Shown here in pieces: positions 9,927 through 19,922 of a stretch of 64,000 nt of DNA (position 1 is its first letter; every line of letters begins with the position of its first letter). Made by a program: the position numbers and the translations under genes. The DNA lies in the IMG/VR virus record IMGVR_UViG_3300020048_000023, positions 96,911-160,910 of that record. One strand, written 5' to 3'. The notes under the pieces are model-generated. The model was not told the DNA's origin. It searched no databases and was given only the letters and a program-made list of their open reading frames with translations. Source of the DNA: a virus.

Positions 9927-10490
9927 ATGAACGAAAGATATTCTCAAGACGAAAATGGTCAATGGTGGTTTAAAAACTACGAGGGCGCAACCAAAAATTC
10001 GATAAACGGTAAATTAGGTGGAACAGGGTTAATCAGAGCTTATTTAGTGGTATGTTTGCATTGCGGGGCTGAATTTCCGAGAATAAAGTGCCACACAAAA
10101 ACAAATGGTAAAACTTTTTGTTCCAAATTATGCGCTAACGCTTATCACGAACCAATTAGAACTAAACAAGGCGAACAGCACCCAAGTTGGAAAGGTGGTC
10201 GGCGTAAAGACTCCAGAGGGTATATACGCCTATGGAAGCCCGAACACCCAAATGCCAATTCTGAAGGTTGTGTACTCGAACACCGCTATGTAATGGAACA
10301 AATTATAGGTAGGATTTTATTACCAAATGAAACTGTACATCATAAAAATGGAAAACGTGATGATAATAGACCTGATAACTTAGAATTATTCGCAACCCAG
10401 CACGGAAAGGGTCAGTCAGTGGAAGATTTAATCACCCGAGCAAAGGAAATATTACAGCTCTATGAACCAAATTCATTAATAACACAGTAA
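9927..10490 (+). CDS. HNH homing endonuclease
   Basis: CxxC Zn motifs, HPSWKGG, EHRYVME...VHHKNGKRDDNRPDNL. Confidence 0.9.
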   Translation: MNERYSQDENGQWWFKNYEGATKNSINGKLGGTGLIRAYLVVCLHCGAEFPRIKCHTKTNGKTFCSKLCANAYHEPIRTKQGEQHPSWKGGRRKDSRGYIRLWKPEHPNANSEGCVLEHRYVMEQIIGRILLPNETVHHKNGKRDDNRPDNLELFATQHGKGQSVEDLITRAKEILQLYEPNSLITQ

Positions 10491-10514
10491 CACAGGGATT
10501 CTCCTTTCTTGTGG

Positions 10515-10545
10515 AAGCGTTGGGTGCAAACTCAGCGCTTTTTTT
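10515..10545 (+). terminator. intrinsic terminator
   Basis: AAGCGTTGGGT-GCAA-ACTCAGCGCTT followed by a T-run. Confidence 0.8.
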
Positions 10546-10609
10546 ATGGTAAAATTTGGTAGTTTCAAAAATTAGTTGTACTTTTGCTTAAACTTTAAAA
10601 CAAAACGCA

Positions 10610-11158
10610 ATGAACTACATTTACAAATTAAACGGCAAGACTATCAAAGCCACCAATTCAGTTACTGGCGAACCTATGGTTATCGCTTTCGCTCCATTCT
10701 GGTTCAAGCCTTGGAGCTCAACCTACGAAAAGCTGGACGCTATATGCACATACAAGGACGAATACCATAAGTGGTTGACTTCCGTTGAACGTAAGGAATT
10801 GAATGAAAATGAACTTCACTGTGCTGGCATCCGTAAGCCACGTGACCCACACTCTTGGGAAATGTCGTCGTATCGCGAAGCCGCTGCTTCGTACTGGAAA
10901 CTGAAACGTAAGGTGCTTAATGCCGAAAAGTTTGAGAAAAATTTCGAAGCCGCTGGTGTAAATCACGTGGTATTTGAAGATAGTGCCAGTGATCTCATAA
11001 AGAATGGTACAACCAACATACACAAGCTTAATGGTTCGTACTACTTTGATGAACAAAACCCTGACTTCGGTACGCCGTTAGTTGGTATACTGACCGCTGT
11101 TAAAGGTAAATATACATTCACCCCTAAAACCGAAACCGATGCTAATTCAGGACTTTGA
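10610..11158 (+). CDS. hypothetical protein
   Basis: 182 aa after promoter 10555. Confidence 0.8.
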   Translation: MNYIYKLNGKTIKATNSVTGEPMVIAFAPFWFKPWSSTYEKLDAICTYKDEYHKWLTSVERKELNENELHCAGIRKPRDPHSWEMSSYREAAASYWKLKRKVLNAEKFEKNFEAAGVNHVVFEDSASDLIKNGTTNIHKLNGSYYFDEQNPDFGTPLVGILTAVKGKYTFTPKTETDANSGL

Positions 11159-12113
11159 GATATTCAAGGGTAATTCCTATTCACCGTTTGAGAATAACGG
11201 CAAGCACTATCTGTTGAACCGTGAACCGTATCTGGATATAGTACTGAGCGACTATTGCAATGCCAACTGCTCGTTCTGTATTGCCGACCTGCTTCACTCC
11301 AAACTGAGGTTGAACTTCGACATAGCCAAAACAAAGGTTAAGTTCGCCGTAGATCATATGCAGGTCAGAGATGCATTATTGTTGGGCGGTGAGCCAACTA
11401 CCAGCGTTATACTTATACCGTTCATTGAGTACCTGCAAACGCTCAACCTGAACAAGATCATTATGACCACCAACGGTCTGAATCTGGCACGTAACGTAGC
11501 CTACAGGGAAAAGATTTTCAGCTCTGGATTAACTCACGTCAATATTTCATTTATGAGCCTTGACGTGGCTGCACAAAAAGCTGTCACCGAATCTGAACAA
11601 CCGCTCACACTTGTGGATATTATAGCTATCAGCGAAACAGCCCGCAAATATGGCGTAAAGCTTCGCATCAATAACAACGTGTGGAAGGGTAATAATGACA
11701 CGCTCAACCTAATGACCGAGTTTTATGATACTGTCAGACCGCTTGTAGATTCTGTAAAATTTAGCCCATTATTAAAAACTGACGCATTCAGTGTGGTAGA
11801 TTTCAAAACCCAATGGGTAAAGGATAACATATTGTCAGATGATTATTATGACAATTTATTTGAAAGCTTGGAAAAGTTCTTTGTTAACCTGCGCAGGATA
11901 TCTATCATCACCAATGAAGAACAGTTCGGCTTTGTAAAGAACTCAATGATTCCGCTTGCTGTGCCGATCATCCTGAACTGGAACCAGCACGGGCAGATGA
12001 TGAATAAAGTTGTCAAGGAAAACAAGATAAACAACCTTAAACTGTTGCCGAACGGTGAGCTTTCGCTATCGTGGAACAGGGAACTTACACAATATTACAT
12101 TAAAACCGAATAA
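11139..12113 (+). CDS. radical SAM protein
   Basis: CNANCSFC (CxxxCxxC), GGEP, TTNG, VNIS. Confidence 0.92.
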   Translation: MLIQDFEIFKGNSYSPFENNGKHYLLNREPYLDIVLSDYCNANCSFCIADLLHSKLRLNFDIAKTKVKFAVDHMQVRDALLLGGEPTTSVILIPFIEYLQTLNLNKIIMTTNGLNLARNVAYREKIFSSGLTHVNISFMSLDVAAQKAVTESEQPLTLVDIIAISETARKYGVKLRINNNVWKGNNDTLNLMTEFYDTVRPLVDSVKFSPLLKTDAFSVVDFKTQWVKDNILSDDYYDNLFESLEKFFVNLRRISIITNEEQFGFVKNSMIPLAVPIILNWNQHGQMMNKVVKENKINNLKLLPNGELSLSWNRELTQYYIKTE

Positions 12114-12167
12114 AAATTTGGTAGTGTCAAAAAGATTGTTTATATTTACAGCCTAAATTGTAATATA

Positions 12168-12293
12168 ATGATAGCAATAATAATTCTTGCGTGGATTTTA
12201 TCCGCATTAGCCGCCCCAGCTTGGGTATGGTGCCTATGGACGGTGCTATTGATTTGGAAATTAATTCAGTGGTTTGCCGCGGCAGTCAGCTAA
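12168..12293 (+). CDS. 41-aa hydrophobic membrane microprotein
   Basis: First ORF after promoter 12117; MIAIIILAWILSALAAPAWVWCLWTVLLIWKLIQWFAAAVS. Confidence 0.65.
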   Translation: MIAIIILAWILSALAAPAWVWCLWTVLLIWKLIQWFAAAVS

Positions 12294-12296
12294 ACT

Positions 12297-12587
12297 ATGG
12301 AGCTCCGAAAACAAAAACGCAGGGTAAAGCTATGCGACCTTAAAAAAGGTAAGCTGTTTATGTACAACGATACGTTGTGTATGAAAACTGAGTACCGTAC
12401 AGAAGACGCCGCCATTGAAGCGTATATAGTTAATAGCGGGTGTATGTTTTGGGGTGGCACAAACTCACCAAGGGAACAGCGCGGACTGCTGGTGTACCCA
12501 GTTGACGTAATCGACCTACAGGAAGAAATTAATAAGCAAGTTAGAAAAGATTACAAACAATGGAAAAAAGAAAACTTAAATGGATAG
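12297..12587 (+). CDS. hypothetical protein
   Basis: 96 aa. Confidence 0.75.
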   Translation: MELRKQKRRVKLCDLKKGKLFMYNDTLCMKTEYRTEDAAIEAYIVNSGCMFWGGTNSPREQRGLLVYPVDVIDLQEEINKQVRKDYKQWKKENLNG

Positions 12588-12751
12588 CCGTCGAGGATTG
12601 TCCACTACCACTGGAAGAAGATATCATAGTACAGCACCCATACGGCGTTGAGGCTATTCACTTCTTTGGCGCAACTTGGCGTTACTGGTACACAAACGAA
12701 TTGGTACCAAAAGCTACATTGGACACAATAACTCACTGGTGTAAACCCTAA
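12560..12751 (+). CDS. DUF551-like small protein
   Basis: KWIAVED..P...ITHW pattern. Confidence 0.55.
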   Translation: MEKRKLKWIAVEDCPLPLEEDIIVQHPYGVEAIHFFGATWRYWYTNELVPKATLDTITHWCKP

Positions 12752-12755
12752 CGTT

Positions 12756-12866
12756 ATGGAAAATCAAGGCAAAACCCCGAAGCAAGTTAATGATTCTAAC
12801 CATAATTATGGTTTAGCCCTAATAATTTTGGCTTTTATAGCCTTATTAATAGCACTATTACAATGA
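12756..12866 (+). CDS. 36-aa single-TM microprotein
   Basis: MENQGKTPKQVNDSNHNYGLALIILAFIALLIALLQ; ATGA overlap with next gene. Confidence 0.6.
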   Translation: MENQGKTPKQVNDSNHNYGLALIILAFIALLIALLQ

Positions 12867-13075
12867 AACAGACACGTGGTGAAGTATTAAGCGACGACTG
12901 CCCGTCAAGAGATTTTGAGATAGGCAAGCCAGATGGAAATTGCTGGGGTGACGGTCACTACCAATGCAAGCAATGCGTGCACTACAGGGCAGATTTTGCC
13001 CTTCACGGTCAAGACTTTATTGATGCGATGCACCAAGCACAGGGCGGTATAACTATTAGAACACTAAGACAATGA
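12863..13075 (+). CDS. Cys-rich hypothetical protein
   Basis: CP...CWGDGHYQCKQC. Confidence 0.7.
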   Translation: MKQTRGEVLSDDCPSRDFEIGKPDGNCWGDGHYQCKQCVHYRADFALHGQDFIDAMHQAQGGITIRTLRQ

Positions 13076-13332
13076 CAACACTGCATAAGATACTTGATAA
13101 ATTCTATAACTTTGTTATGGATCAGGGCGATGGTAACCTGCACGAATTCCAGATCGATGATTTTATTGAACAGGAAGGAAAGGAGTTTGAAGGTGAAACC
13201 ATAGATACAGAGTTCAAAAGTAAGGGTAATTGGGAATTTGAAAGGAGCTCAGGATATCCTGGATATCGTTGTCAAACCTGTATGAAGTGGGTGTATAGCC
13301 ACGAAGTACAAAAATGTAGTTGTGACCTTTAA
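13072..13332 (+). CDS. hypothetical protein
   Basis: 86 aa, C-terminal CxxC...CxC. Confidence 0.7.
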   Translation: MTTLHKILDKFYNFVMDQGDGNLHEFQIDDFIEQEGKEFEGETIDTEFKSKGNWEFERSSGYPGYRCQTCMKWVYSHEVQKCSCDL

Positions 13333-13343
13333 AAATAAGTAAT

Positions 13344-13580
13344 ATGAACGCACAGGAAGCCCGTAATATGGCAAAAGAAAAAAATACAAACGCTGCCAAT
13401 AGCCAATATGCAAGAGCTCAGGAATCTATAACAAAAGCAGCCAAAAGTGGCTTGTATGAATGTTGGCTTTATGAGAGGATGCTGGATGATGTTAGGCTTA
13501 AACTTACCACAGAGGATTACAAGGTTGGAACTAACCAGTCTGAAAGAAACGAGGATATGGTTCTGATTTCTTGGAAGTAA
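13344..13580 (+). CDS. hypothetical protein
   Basis: 78 aa, MNAQEAR...ISW. Confidence 0.75.
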   Translation: MNAQEARNMAKEKNTNAANSQYARAQESITKAAKSGLYECWLYERMLDDVRLKLTTEDYKVGTNQSERNEDMVLISWK

Positions 13581-13658
13581 AAAAGTTTTGGTTATACCGA
13601 AAACTTTATGTATATTTGCCGAAAGTTTCACTTATAACACCTAAACAATAGATAGCCA

Positions 13659-13892
13659 ATGGAAATAGCAGTTAGGGGTAAATTATACACAAACGTTCAG
13701 TCTGGTGTTGACGGAAATGGTTTCACAACCGTTCTTTGTACTTGTACAACCCCCAACACTACTAAGGTATTCTCTGGCGTTGTGGTCGCTTCAACAAGCG
13801 GCGCTCCAATAGGGAAGTATTGCGAATACTGGGCTAAAGAATCGTTTATTTATGAGCCCGAACCAATAACAATTGTAAGCAGAATACTATGA
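13659..13892 (+). CDS. hypothetical protein
   Basis: 77 aa after promoter 13587. Confidence 0.7.
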   Translation: MEIAVRGKLYTNVQSGVDGNGFTTVLCTCTTPNTTKVFSGVVVASTSGAPIGKYCEYWAKESFIYEPEPITIVSRIL

Positions 13893-14935
13893 AAGGTAAA
13901 AGAACCGTAATAGATTGGGGTAAACACGAAGTCACCGTTACCAAACAGGACGGCTTGCTCGTACATCACCTGAAAGACCCCGATACTGTTATCAACAATA
14001 TCAAGTACATAAACACCAACGGTATACTGGCTGTCACTGGCGACTATGGCAACTGGATGTTCTGCCGTGAGTTTCACCCCTCGGCTAATGGATTTGTGAG
14101 CGAAGGCTACTGGAAGGAAAAGCTTCGCAATTTATCAACACAGGAGCCCAACGACTTCGACGAAGACGCCACACGCAAAGAACTGGAAGGTTATCTTGCC
14201 GATACTGACGAGCCACTAAGAGAAATTGAAAAGGACTATATAGAAGGTTGCTTGGATGCTATGGGCGATGGTGAGTTTGATTATTCCCATTATGCCTACC
14301 GTAATAACGTCGGAAGGTTTATTGATGGTGAATATGTTCCGTTCTGTAAGAAAACCAAATACTGGTTGGACGCCGTGTTCGATGGGTTCGACGAAATATG
14401 TCGCAGAATGAAGGAAGAAGCCGAGAAGCCCGAACAGTTTACCCTGTTTTATGACGGCGTATTCTCAAACTGGTACATAGCACCCTTTAAAGACGCCGAA
14501 AAATTGGATGAAAAAGCAAATGTGTTCAATTGTGTTGAACAATATATGATGTATAACAAGGCTTTAGTGTTCTGTGACTTTGAAACTGCAAGTAAAATAA
14601 TGCAGACTTCCAGCCCACGCAGACAAAAGGAACTTGGCAGGGAAGTTAAAGGCTTTGATAAGGAAACGTGGGACAAAATTAGCCAAGGTGTTGTATACGC
14701 AGGAAACTATTTCAAATTCAGTCAAAACCCAGACCTGAAAGAAAAGCTTATGGCTACTAAGGGTACAACTCTTGTGGAATGTAGCTTGGATGATAAATTT
14801 TGGGGTATTGGCTTTTATGAACACTCCCCTGAGTGCCGCGACCGTAGCAAATGGCTCGGCACAAACTGGTTGGGCGAAACGCTCACCCAGCTTAGAAAAG
14901 ATTTCGAAAACAACACAACCCTAATCAATACTTAA
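13889..14935 (+). CDS. unknown N-terminal domain fused to a NADAR (YbiA/DUF1768) domain
   Basis: FSNWY, EQYMMYNKA..F.D, QKELGREV, KFSQNPDL, LVE...D.FWGIG, GTNWLG. Confidence 0.88.
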   Translation: MKGKRTVIDWGKHEVTVTKQDGLLVHHLKDPDTVINNIKYINTNGILAVTGDYGNWMFCREFHPSANGFVSEGYWKEKLRNLSTQEPNDFDEDATRKELEGYLADTDEPLREIEKDYIEGCLDAMGDGEFDYSHYAYRNNVGRFIDGEYVPFCKKTKYWLDAVFDGFDEICRRMKEEAEKPEQFTLFYDGVFSNWYIAPFKDAEKLDEKANVFNCVEQYMMYNKALVFCDFETASKIMQTSSPRRQKELGREVKGFDKETWDKISQGVVYAGNYFKFSQNPDLKEKLMATKGTTLVECSLDDKFWGIGFYEHSPECRDRSKWLGTNWLGETLTQLRKDFENNTTLINT

Positions 14936-14939
14936 ACCA

Positions 14940-15449
14940 ATGAAAAAACTCTATCTGTTTACCATTCTGGCGGCTCTAATCGTAGGTTTTTATCTGACGA
15001 GCTGCAACACCAAGCGCGAATACTCTAACACCCTGCACGAAAAGGTGGTAGTAGTAACTCTTATCTATAGCCCATCACAGCACAACACTGAGGTCACCGA
15101 AACGCTTATGGACGACTATAACAACCCGTTCAAAGGTACCGATATCAACGGAAACAAAGGCGTTAAGTTGGGTAAGATTAATGGTCGTGACGCCCAGCTA
15201 ACAACCACAACAATACCAGAGCGGTACGGCGTGGTATTTCAGTGCCAGCACGGAACATTTACAATAGAAGGTACGGAACAGAAGCACCAAATACTCTACC
15301 AGAAAATGTATAACAGCGTTCGCGATACCGTTGACGTATTGTACAGGGAACTGTACAACGTAACCTACGATAAGGACGATAAGACAAAGGTAATCAAAAA
15401 GGAACTGGTTGATTTGGATTTCCTCGACGCTCAAATAATACCGAAGTAA
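14940..15449 (+). CDS. putative lipoprotein
   Basis: Lipobox LTSC. Confidence 0.7.
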   Translation: MKKLYLFTILAALIVGFYLTSCNTKREYSNTLHEKVVVVTLIYSPSQHNTEVTETLMDDYNNPFKGTDINGNKGVKLGKINGRDAQLTTTTIPERYGVVFQCQHGTFTIEGTEQKHQILYQKMYNSVRDTVDVLYRELYNVTYDKDDKTKVIKKELVDLDFLDAQIIPK

Positions 15450-15450
15450 A

Positions 15451-15663
15451 ATGATTACCTTTATGAACCCAAACGATATACCTTGGCTACCTGTGTTTGT
15501 AGTAGGCGCGATTGTAGTACTATTTGTCTGGATAGTGTCACTAACCAGTACAAATTATGAAACCGAACAAAAACACATACCCAAAGATACGGTGTACACC
15601 CACGCAAAGGTTGTAACCGTAGAGAATAACGACACCCTATACATAATAACCTTAGATAAATAA
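15451..15663 (+). CDS. single-TM protein
   Basis: 70 aa, hydrophobic N-terminus. Confidence 0.65.
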   Translation: MITFMNPNDIPWLPVFVVGAIVVLFVWIVSLTSTNYETEQKHIPKDTVYTHAKVVTVENNDTLYIITLDK

Positions 15664-15694
15664 TTCTATCATAAATCATAAATAACTTTACAAA

Positions 15695-16339
15695 ATGGAT
15701 TACTCAACCCAACGTAACAAAGTGGAAGCATTCCACAAAGCAGTAAAAAGGTTTTTACCGCTCACCATTAACGCATACGGCGTAAACTACCGTCTTAACG
15801 CACTCAAAGCGTTACACGGCGACTATTCTCTGGTCTACTATTCCTATAATGGAAAACAGGAAAATAGGGATAATAAACTGTTCGAGAGAACCTACCACTA
15901 CGACAGAAGCGTGGAACAGGTTATCCAAGCATACCTGAAAGAAATTAACACGATACCATTTACCGTTGTAGAAGGTGTTTGTGAGCCTTTCACCGTTAAC
16001 CAAGCACCAATGATGCGGGTAGGTAAGAGTATGAAGCCTAAAGATATTAAAATCGCCGAGCTTCAGATCATCTGCACCGAGTTGAAAAACACGACAGAAA
16101 CCCTGTTCAATACCAAAGCGCAACTTTTGGCTGAGGTTTCCCTGCTTAAAGTTGAAAATGCCAAGCTTAAATCAAGTTATGGCGTGAGCCTGCCTGAGTA
16201 TAACCGTTTAAAGTTAATTAATTCGGAATTACAGTCGGCAAATGCTAAACTGAGTAACGAAGTGTTACAACGTGACGGCACGATCAGAGAAATAAACCGT
16301 AAACTGGCAAACGTCCGTAATACACTAAACCAAATATAA
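15695..16339 (+). CDS. coiled-coil hypothetical protein
   Basis: 214 aa, heptad C-terminal half. Confidence 0.75.
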   Translation: MDYSTQRNKVEAFHKAVKRFLPLTINAYGVNYRLNALKALHGDYSLVYYSYNGKQENRDNKLFERTYHYDRSVEQVIQAYLKEINTIPFTVVEGVCEPFTVNQAPMMRVGKSMKPKDIKIAELQIICTELKNTTETLFNTKAQLLAEVSLLKVENAKLKSSYGVSLPEYNRLKLINSELQSANAKLSNEVLQRDGTIREINRKLANVRNTLNQI

Positions 16340-16358
16340 ACCAAACACCTAATCAATT

Positions 16359-16955
16359 ATGGAATCATTCTTCACATCAATGCTCCTATTCGGGGGCGCA
16401 ATTTTCTGGACTTGGGCTGTGCTTATAGCCTTTGTTATAATCTGTCTTGTCGCCGACCTCGCTAAGAACGGGTTCTGGGCTACTTTCGCACTGGTATTAC
16501 TTGGTCTTACTTATTATTTCTTTGGTGTGAACCACGGGTACGACATACTGGCACACATTACGGCGGCTCCTATTGTCGGGTATTTGTTAATAGGTCTTGT
16601 ATATGCCGTCATACGAACATACGTTGAAGGGGCAAAGCTCGGCAAACGTCTGATTAAAGCACCTACAAACGAAGAGTATTTGGCTAAAAAGGGCACCAAT
16701 GCCTACATAAACGAATCCGACACCCGCGAATATAAAATCAAACGTTTTAAAGAGGAACTTAAAGGTAATATTTCCAGATGGTGGTTGCTATGGTGGATTT
16801 CGGCTATTACGTGGCTCATTGGCGACCTGCTTGAAGACCTTTGGGACGTCGTGTATAACTGGATGAAGAATTTCTTCAACTACGTACTTGAACTTGGTAT
16901 CCAAACCACCTTGGGTAAATTTGCTTCAACCAAGCCCGAAGATAATGACGACTAA
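16359..16955 (+). CDS. multi-pass membrane protein
   Basis: 3-4 TM segments. Confidence 0.8.
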   Translation: MESFFTSMLLFGGAIFWTWAVLIAFVIICLVADLAKNGFWATFALVLLGLTYYFFGVNHGYDILAHITAAPIVGYLLIGLVYAVIRTYVEGAKLGKRLIKAPTNEEYLAKKGTNAYINESDTREYKIKRFKEELKGNISRWWLLWWISAITWLIGDLLEDLWDVVYNWMKNFFNYVLELGIQTTLGKFASTKPEDNDD

Positions 16956-17166
16956 CAAATTAATACCTGATGCTGGCTTCAATGTGGTTGTGGTTATATC
17001 TGACTACGACTGCATTGACACCAGACCAGACTCGCATAAACCCATTGATCATAGCGGAACGCTACAAGGTGCCATAGAACGCATTAAACACGGTAATAGG
17101 TTCGCCGATTACTACATCATTGACGCCTCTGGGAAAAAATATAACCGAGAAGGTGTCGCATATTGA
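16945..17166 (+). CDS. hypothetical protein
   Basis: Start corrected to ATG 16945. Confidence 0.65.
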   Translation: MTTNKLIPDAGFNVVVVISDYDCIDTRPDSHKPIDHSGTLQGAIERIKHGNRFADYYIIDASGKKYNREGVAY

Positions 17167-17227
17167 AAATAAATTTGGTAGTGTCAAAAACATTGTGTAT
17201 ATTTGCACTATAATTAACCACTAAGAT

Positions 17228-17497
17228 ATGGCAGGATATTTCGAATACGACGGTAAGCAAAAGGGTTACAAACCTTTTCAGGTAAACAAAGAAAGCATAA
17301 AGGCTAACATTGGAAAGCGAATTGTTTACCTAACCAAACATGACGTTGACCCGTACCGCGGCTATTTCTTTCCACGCTACGGCGTAATAAGCGGTATGAG
17401 ATATTCCACTGTATACATGAATGATAACGAAAAAGAATTCGATAAACGCGACCTAGTTGAATGCGCAATTGAAATTGATGAAACTGATACCCACTAA
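17228..17497 (+). CDS. hypothetical protein
   Basis: 89 aa after promoter 17174. Confidence 0.75.
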   Translation: MAGYFEYDGKQKGYKPFQVNKESIKANIGKRIVYLTKHDVDPYRGYFFPRYGVISGMRYSTVYMNDNEKEFDKRDLVECAIEIDETDTH

Positions 17498-17589
17498 GAC
17501 CGCTTGTCCGCTTGTAAGACTCCCACTATGTATGCTGCCGCTAACTTGTATGACATTACTTCCATAACTCGTCTACTCGGTATTAATTC

Positions 17590-17640
17590 AGTCGGAAGGG
17601 TATCGTAATTTTTACTACCCTTCCGACTTTACTCTTTTAT
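17590..17640 (+). terminator. 13-bp inverted repeat (terminator/attenuator) upstream of the sigma gene
   Basis: AGTCGGAAGGGTA...TACCCTTCCGACT followed by a T-rich tail. Confidence 0.6.
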
Positions 17641-17643
17641 GTA

Positions 17644-18729
17644 ATGACCAGACTTAAAAACAGAACCAAAGAAGAAGTTATTCAGGACGTCACTGGCTTC
17701 CTGAATGAGCTATTTGTTAAGTTCAATAACCAAAAGTCTGTTCCTTACACCCAGATACAAATTGAATCATTAGCCGAACAACACCATATTGAGGGTAGGC
17801 TTCGACGAATACTTATCAAGCACGAATTTGTGCTGGATAAACGCAGATACACCAGAAAGTTTACCGAAAACCCAACCGTTGAAGATATTGATTTTTACAT
17901 TAAAGAAGCCAAAGAACTCAGAAGCGTTGAGGGTAAAAGATATTTAGCTAAGCTAACCGACGAAGAGCGCAAAAGGTTCTTTAAAAAGAGAAACAGGCGC
18001 CGCAAACGCGCACTAACCAAAGAGCAAAAACATATTATCAGCGTTGAAGCCTACCAAAAACGGGTATCACAATGGACTACACAGGAAGAAAAGGACGCAT
18101 TCTATAAGAATCAATACGACGCGGCTGTTCAACGCAGGCTTCGGTATAAATTATTGGAACGTGAGATAGCCGACGCACTACCAAAGCTAATCAACTTCTG
18201 CAAGAGGCTAACCCACGACTATGAAGACTTGGTACAGGACGCATGCTTCGCTGCTTGGACTGTAAAACGTAGGTACAAAACAGGTACAAACATATCCGCT
18301 TGGCTCATAGGAATTGCCGTGAATATTAAGGCTAATAAACAGAAGGCTGCTGCGTTGCACCCAGAGGTTCTGGTTGACGAATTTCATGAAGATGTACTTG
18401 GCGTAGAAGAGCCGTCCGAAGAATCTATCAAGGAACAAATGGAAAAGGATTTGGCTCAGGCTCACTTAGCACAGGATATCACAGCCAAGATCAAAGAGTG
18501 CTTGGAATCATTACCAGAGAGCTATAAGGTTTACATTAAACTGGACGCCAAAGGTAATTCACACTCCCAGATAGCTACCATACTTAAAAGGGAAGCAACA
18601 TATTCAAAAACGAGGCTGTACCAAGCCAGACAACTATTACTCGCCAAAATACAGGATAAGCTTAACGTTAAGCTGTCGGAAAAACAGGCGTGGGAGTTAA
18701 TGCATAATAATCTAATACCCATAGACTAA
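17644..18729 (+). CDS. ECF-type RNA polymerase sigma factor with long basic N-terminal extension
   Basis: Region 2: EDLVQDAC..AW...Y..GTNISAWLIGIAVN; region 4: LESLPESYK...G.SHSQIATIL....SKTRLYQARQLL. Confidence 0.82.
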   Translation: MTRLKNRTKEEVIQDVTGFLNELFVKFNNQKSVPYTQIQIESLAEQHHIEGRLRRILIKHEFVLDKRRYTRKFTENPTVEDIDFYIKEAKELRSVEGKRYLAKLTDEERKRFFKKRNRRRKRALTKEQKHIISVEAYQKRVSQWTTQEEKDAFYKNQYDAAVQRRLRYKLLEREIADALPKLINFCKRLTHDYEDLVQDACFAAWTVKRRYKTGTNISAWLIGIAVNIKANKQKAAALHPEVLVDEFHEDVLGVEEPSEESIKEQMEKDLAQAHLAQDITAKIKECLESLPESYKVYIKLDAKGNSHSQIATILKREATYSKTRLYQARQLLLAKIQDKLNVKLSEKQAWELMHNNLIPID

Positions 18730-19241
18730 TGTATAAAATTTGGAACCCAAAAGAATACTACCCAGAACGCCGCCCATTGGGTAGCTGGAATAATCCCTAC
18801 GACGAAGACCCAGAAAAAAATAGCTATAATGCTCCACATTATTTGAAACCAGAAAATGTTGGTCAAAATTATATAGCACTCTATTTGGGGTTTACTAAGC
18901 GGTTTGTTACACAGGATATATATACTTCTGAAAAATATGCTAAAGAGCACCCAGAGTGTAATAGAAAGCACCGCGACATTTATTATTGCATAGACTTCAT
19001 CTATAAGAAATCGCACGAAACATTCGGCTGGAACAAATGGCACAATCATTTTGACTCAATGGCGCCAATACTTCGCAAACTACGTGCCGAAGGTCACCTT
19101 GATATAGAACTGATCAACGCGTGGATAACGCTTGACGAAGAGGTTTTATACGCCGCACTCATTAACAAGCTTAAACAAATAATGCCAGAGCCTGATCTAT
19201 CACTGGATTGGCGCAAAGGAACCAAATACGAAGGAAAATGA
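18729..19241 (+). CDS. hypothetical protein
   Basis: 170 aa. Confidence 0.75.
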   Translation: MYKIWNPKEYYPERRPLGSWNNPYDEDPEKNSYNAPHYLKPENVGQNYIALYLGFTKRFVTQDIYTSEKYAKEHPECNRKHRDIYYCIDFIYKKSHETFGWNKWHNHFDSMAPILRKLRAEGHLDIELINAWITLDEEVLYAALINKLKQIMPEPDLSLDWRKGTKYEGK

Positions 19242-19414
19242 AAGCTTATCTAATAGAATTTCAGTACGATCACTACTGCCAAGGATGGGATCGCGGAGTA
19301 TGGGGCACAGCCCTTGTATATGCATTGTCGTATCAAGATGCCTGCGACGTAATCAAAAATGACGACGACTTCGAAAAAGCCCGCAATTTTAAAAACAGAA
19401 CTTATTTCCAGTAG
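19238..19414 (+). CDS. hypothetical protein
   Basis: ATGA overlap; start corrected. Confidence 0.65.
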   Translation: MKAYLIEFQYDHYCQGWDRGVWGTALVYALSYQDACDVIKNDDDFEKARNFKNRTYFQ

Positions 19415-19415
19415 T

Positions 19416-19922
19416 ATGAACCTTGACAAGCTAACCGATCTGAGAAACGACCGATTCAAATTGATAACCCAACTTCGCCCTATACTTGACATTGAGTCAA
19501 CAAAACTATTCAGGGATTTTCTAAGGCTCAACAGGCAGATAGAAAACGAAATGGCTAATTCGGACAGCCCGACGCCGTTTAATATTCGCAAGTTCATTGC
19601 CGATAATTTCAGTAAGAACGGTAGTGGGTATCACGAAAACGTGCCGTTTAAGCTGAAGCTTCGCGGAGCTGAGTTTATACACGTTGATACAATTTGGAAT
19701 GAAAGTGGTATAACACGTTTCCAAGGCTGCATTGTTGGTAGCTACGGCACGCCAATCACCCCAGAAGCTTTCATATACCCGCTTATACGCCGCGCTGAGA
19801 TACTTACGATCTACAACGGCACTCACCCCTGCTGGACTATCTGGTTCAAAGAGCCTGTTACACAGGAAATACTGGATAAATTGACCAAACAATTCTTGGA
19901 AGAAAATAAAGTTGTAAAATAG
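19416..19922 (+). CDS. hypothetical protein
   Basis: Start corrected to 19416. Confidence 0.75.
   Translation: MNLDKLTDLRNDRFKLITQLRPILDIESTKLFRDFLRLNRQIENEMANSDSPTPFNIRKFIADNFSKNGSGYHENVPFKLKLRGAEFIHVDTIWNESGITRFQGCIVGSYGTPITPEAFIYPLIRRAEILTIYNGTHPCWTIWFKEPVTQEILDKLTKQFLEENKVVK

Noticed and set aside
17478-17567. 29-aa leader peptide upstream of the sigma hairpin
   Set aside because: Possible, but no supporting start context or recognisable motif
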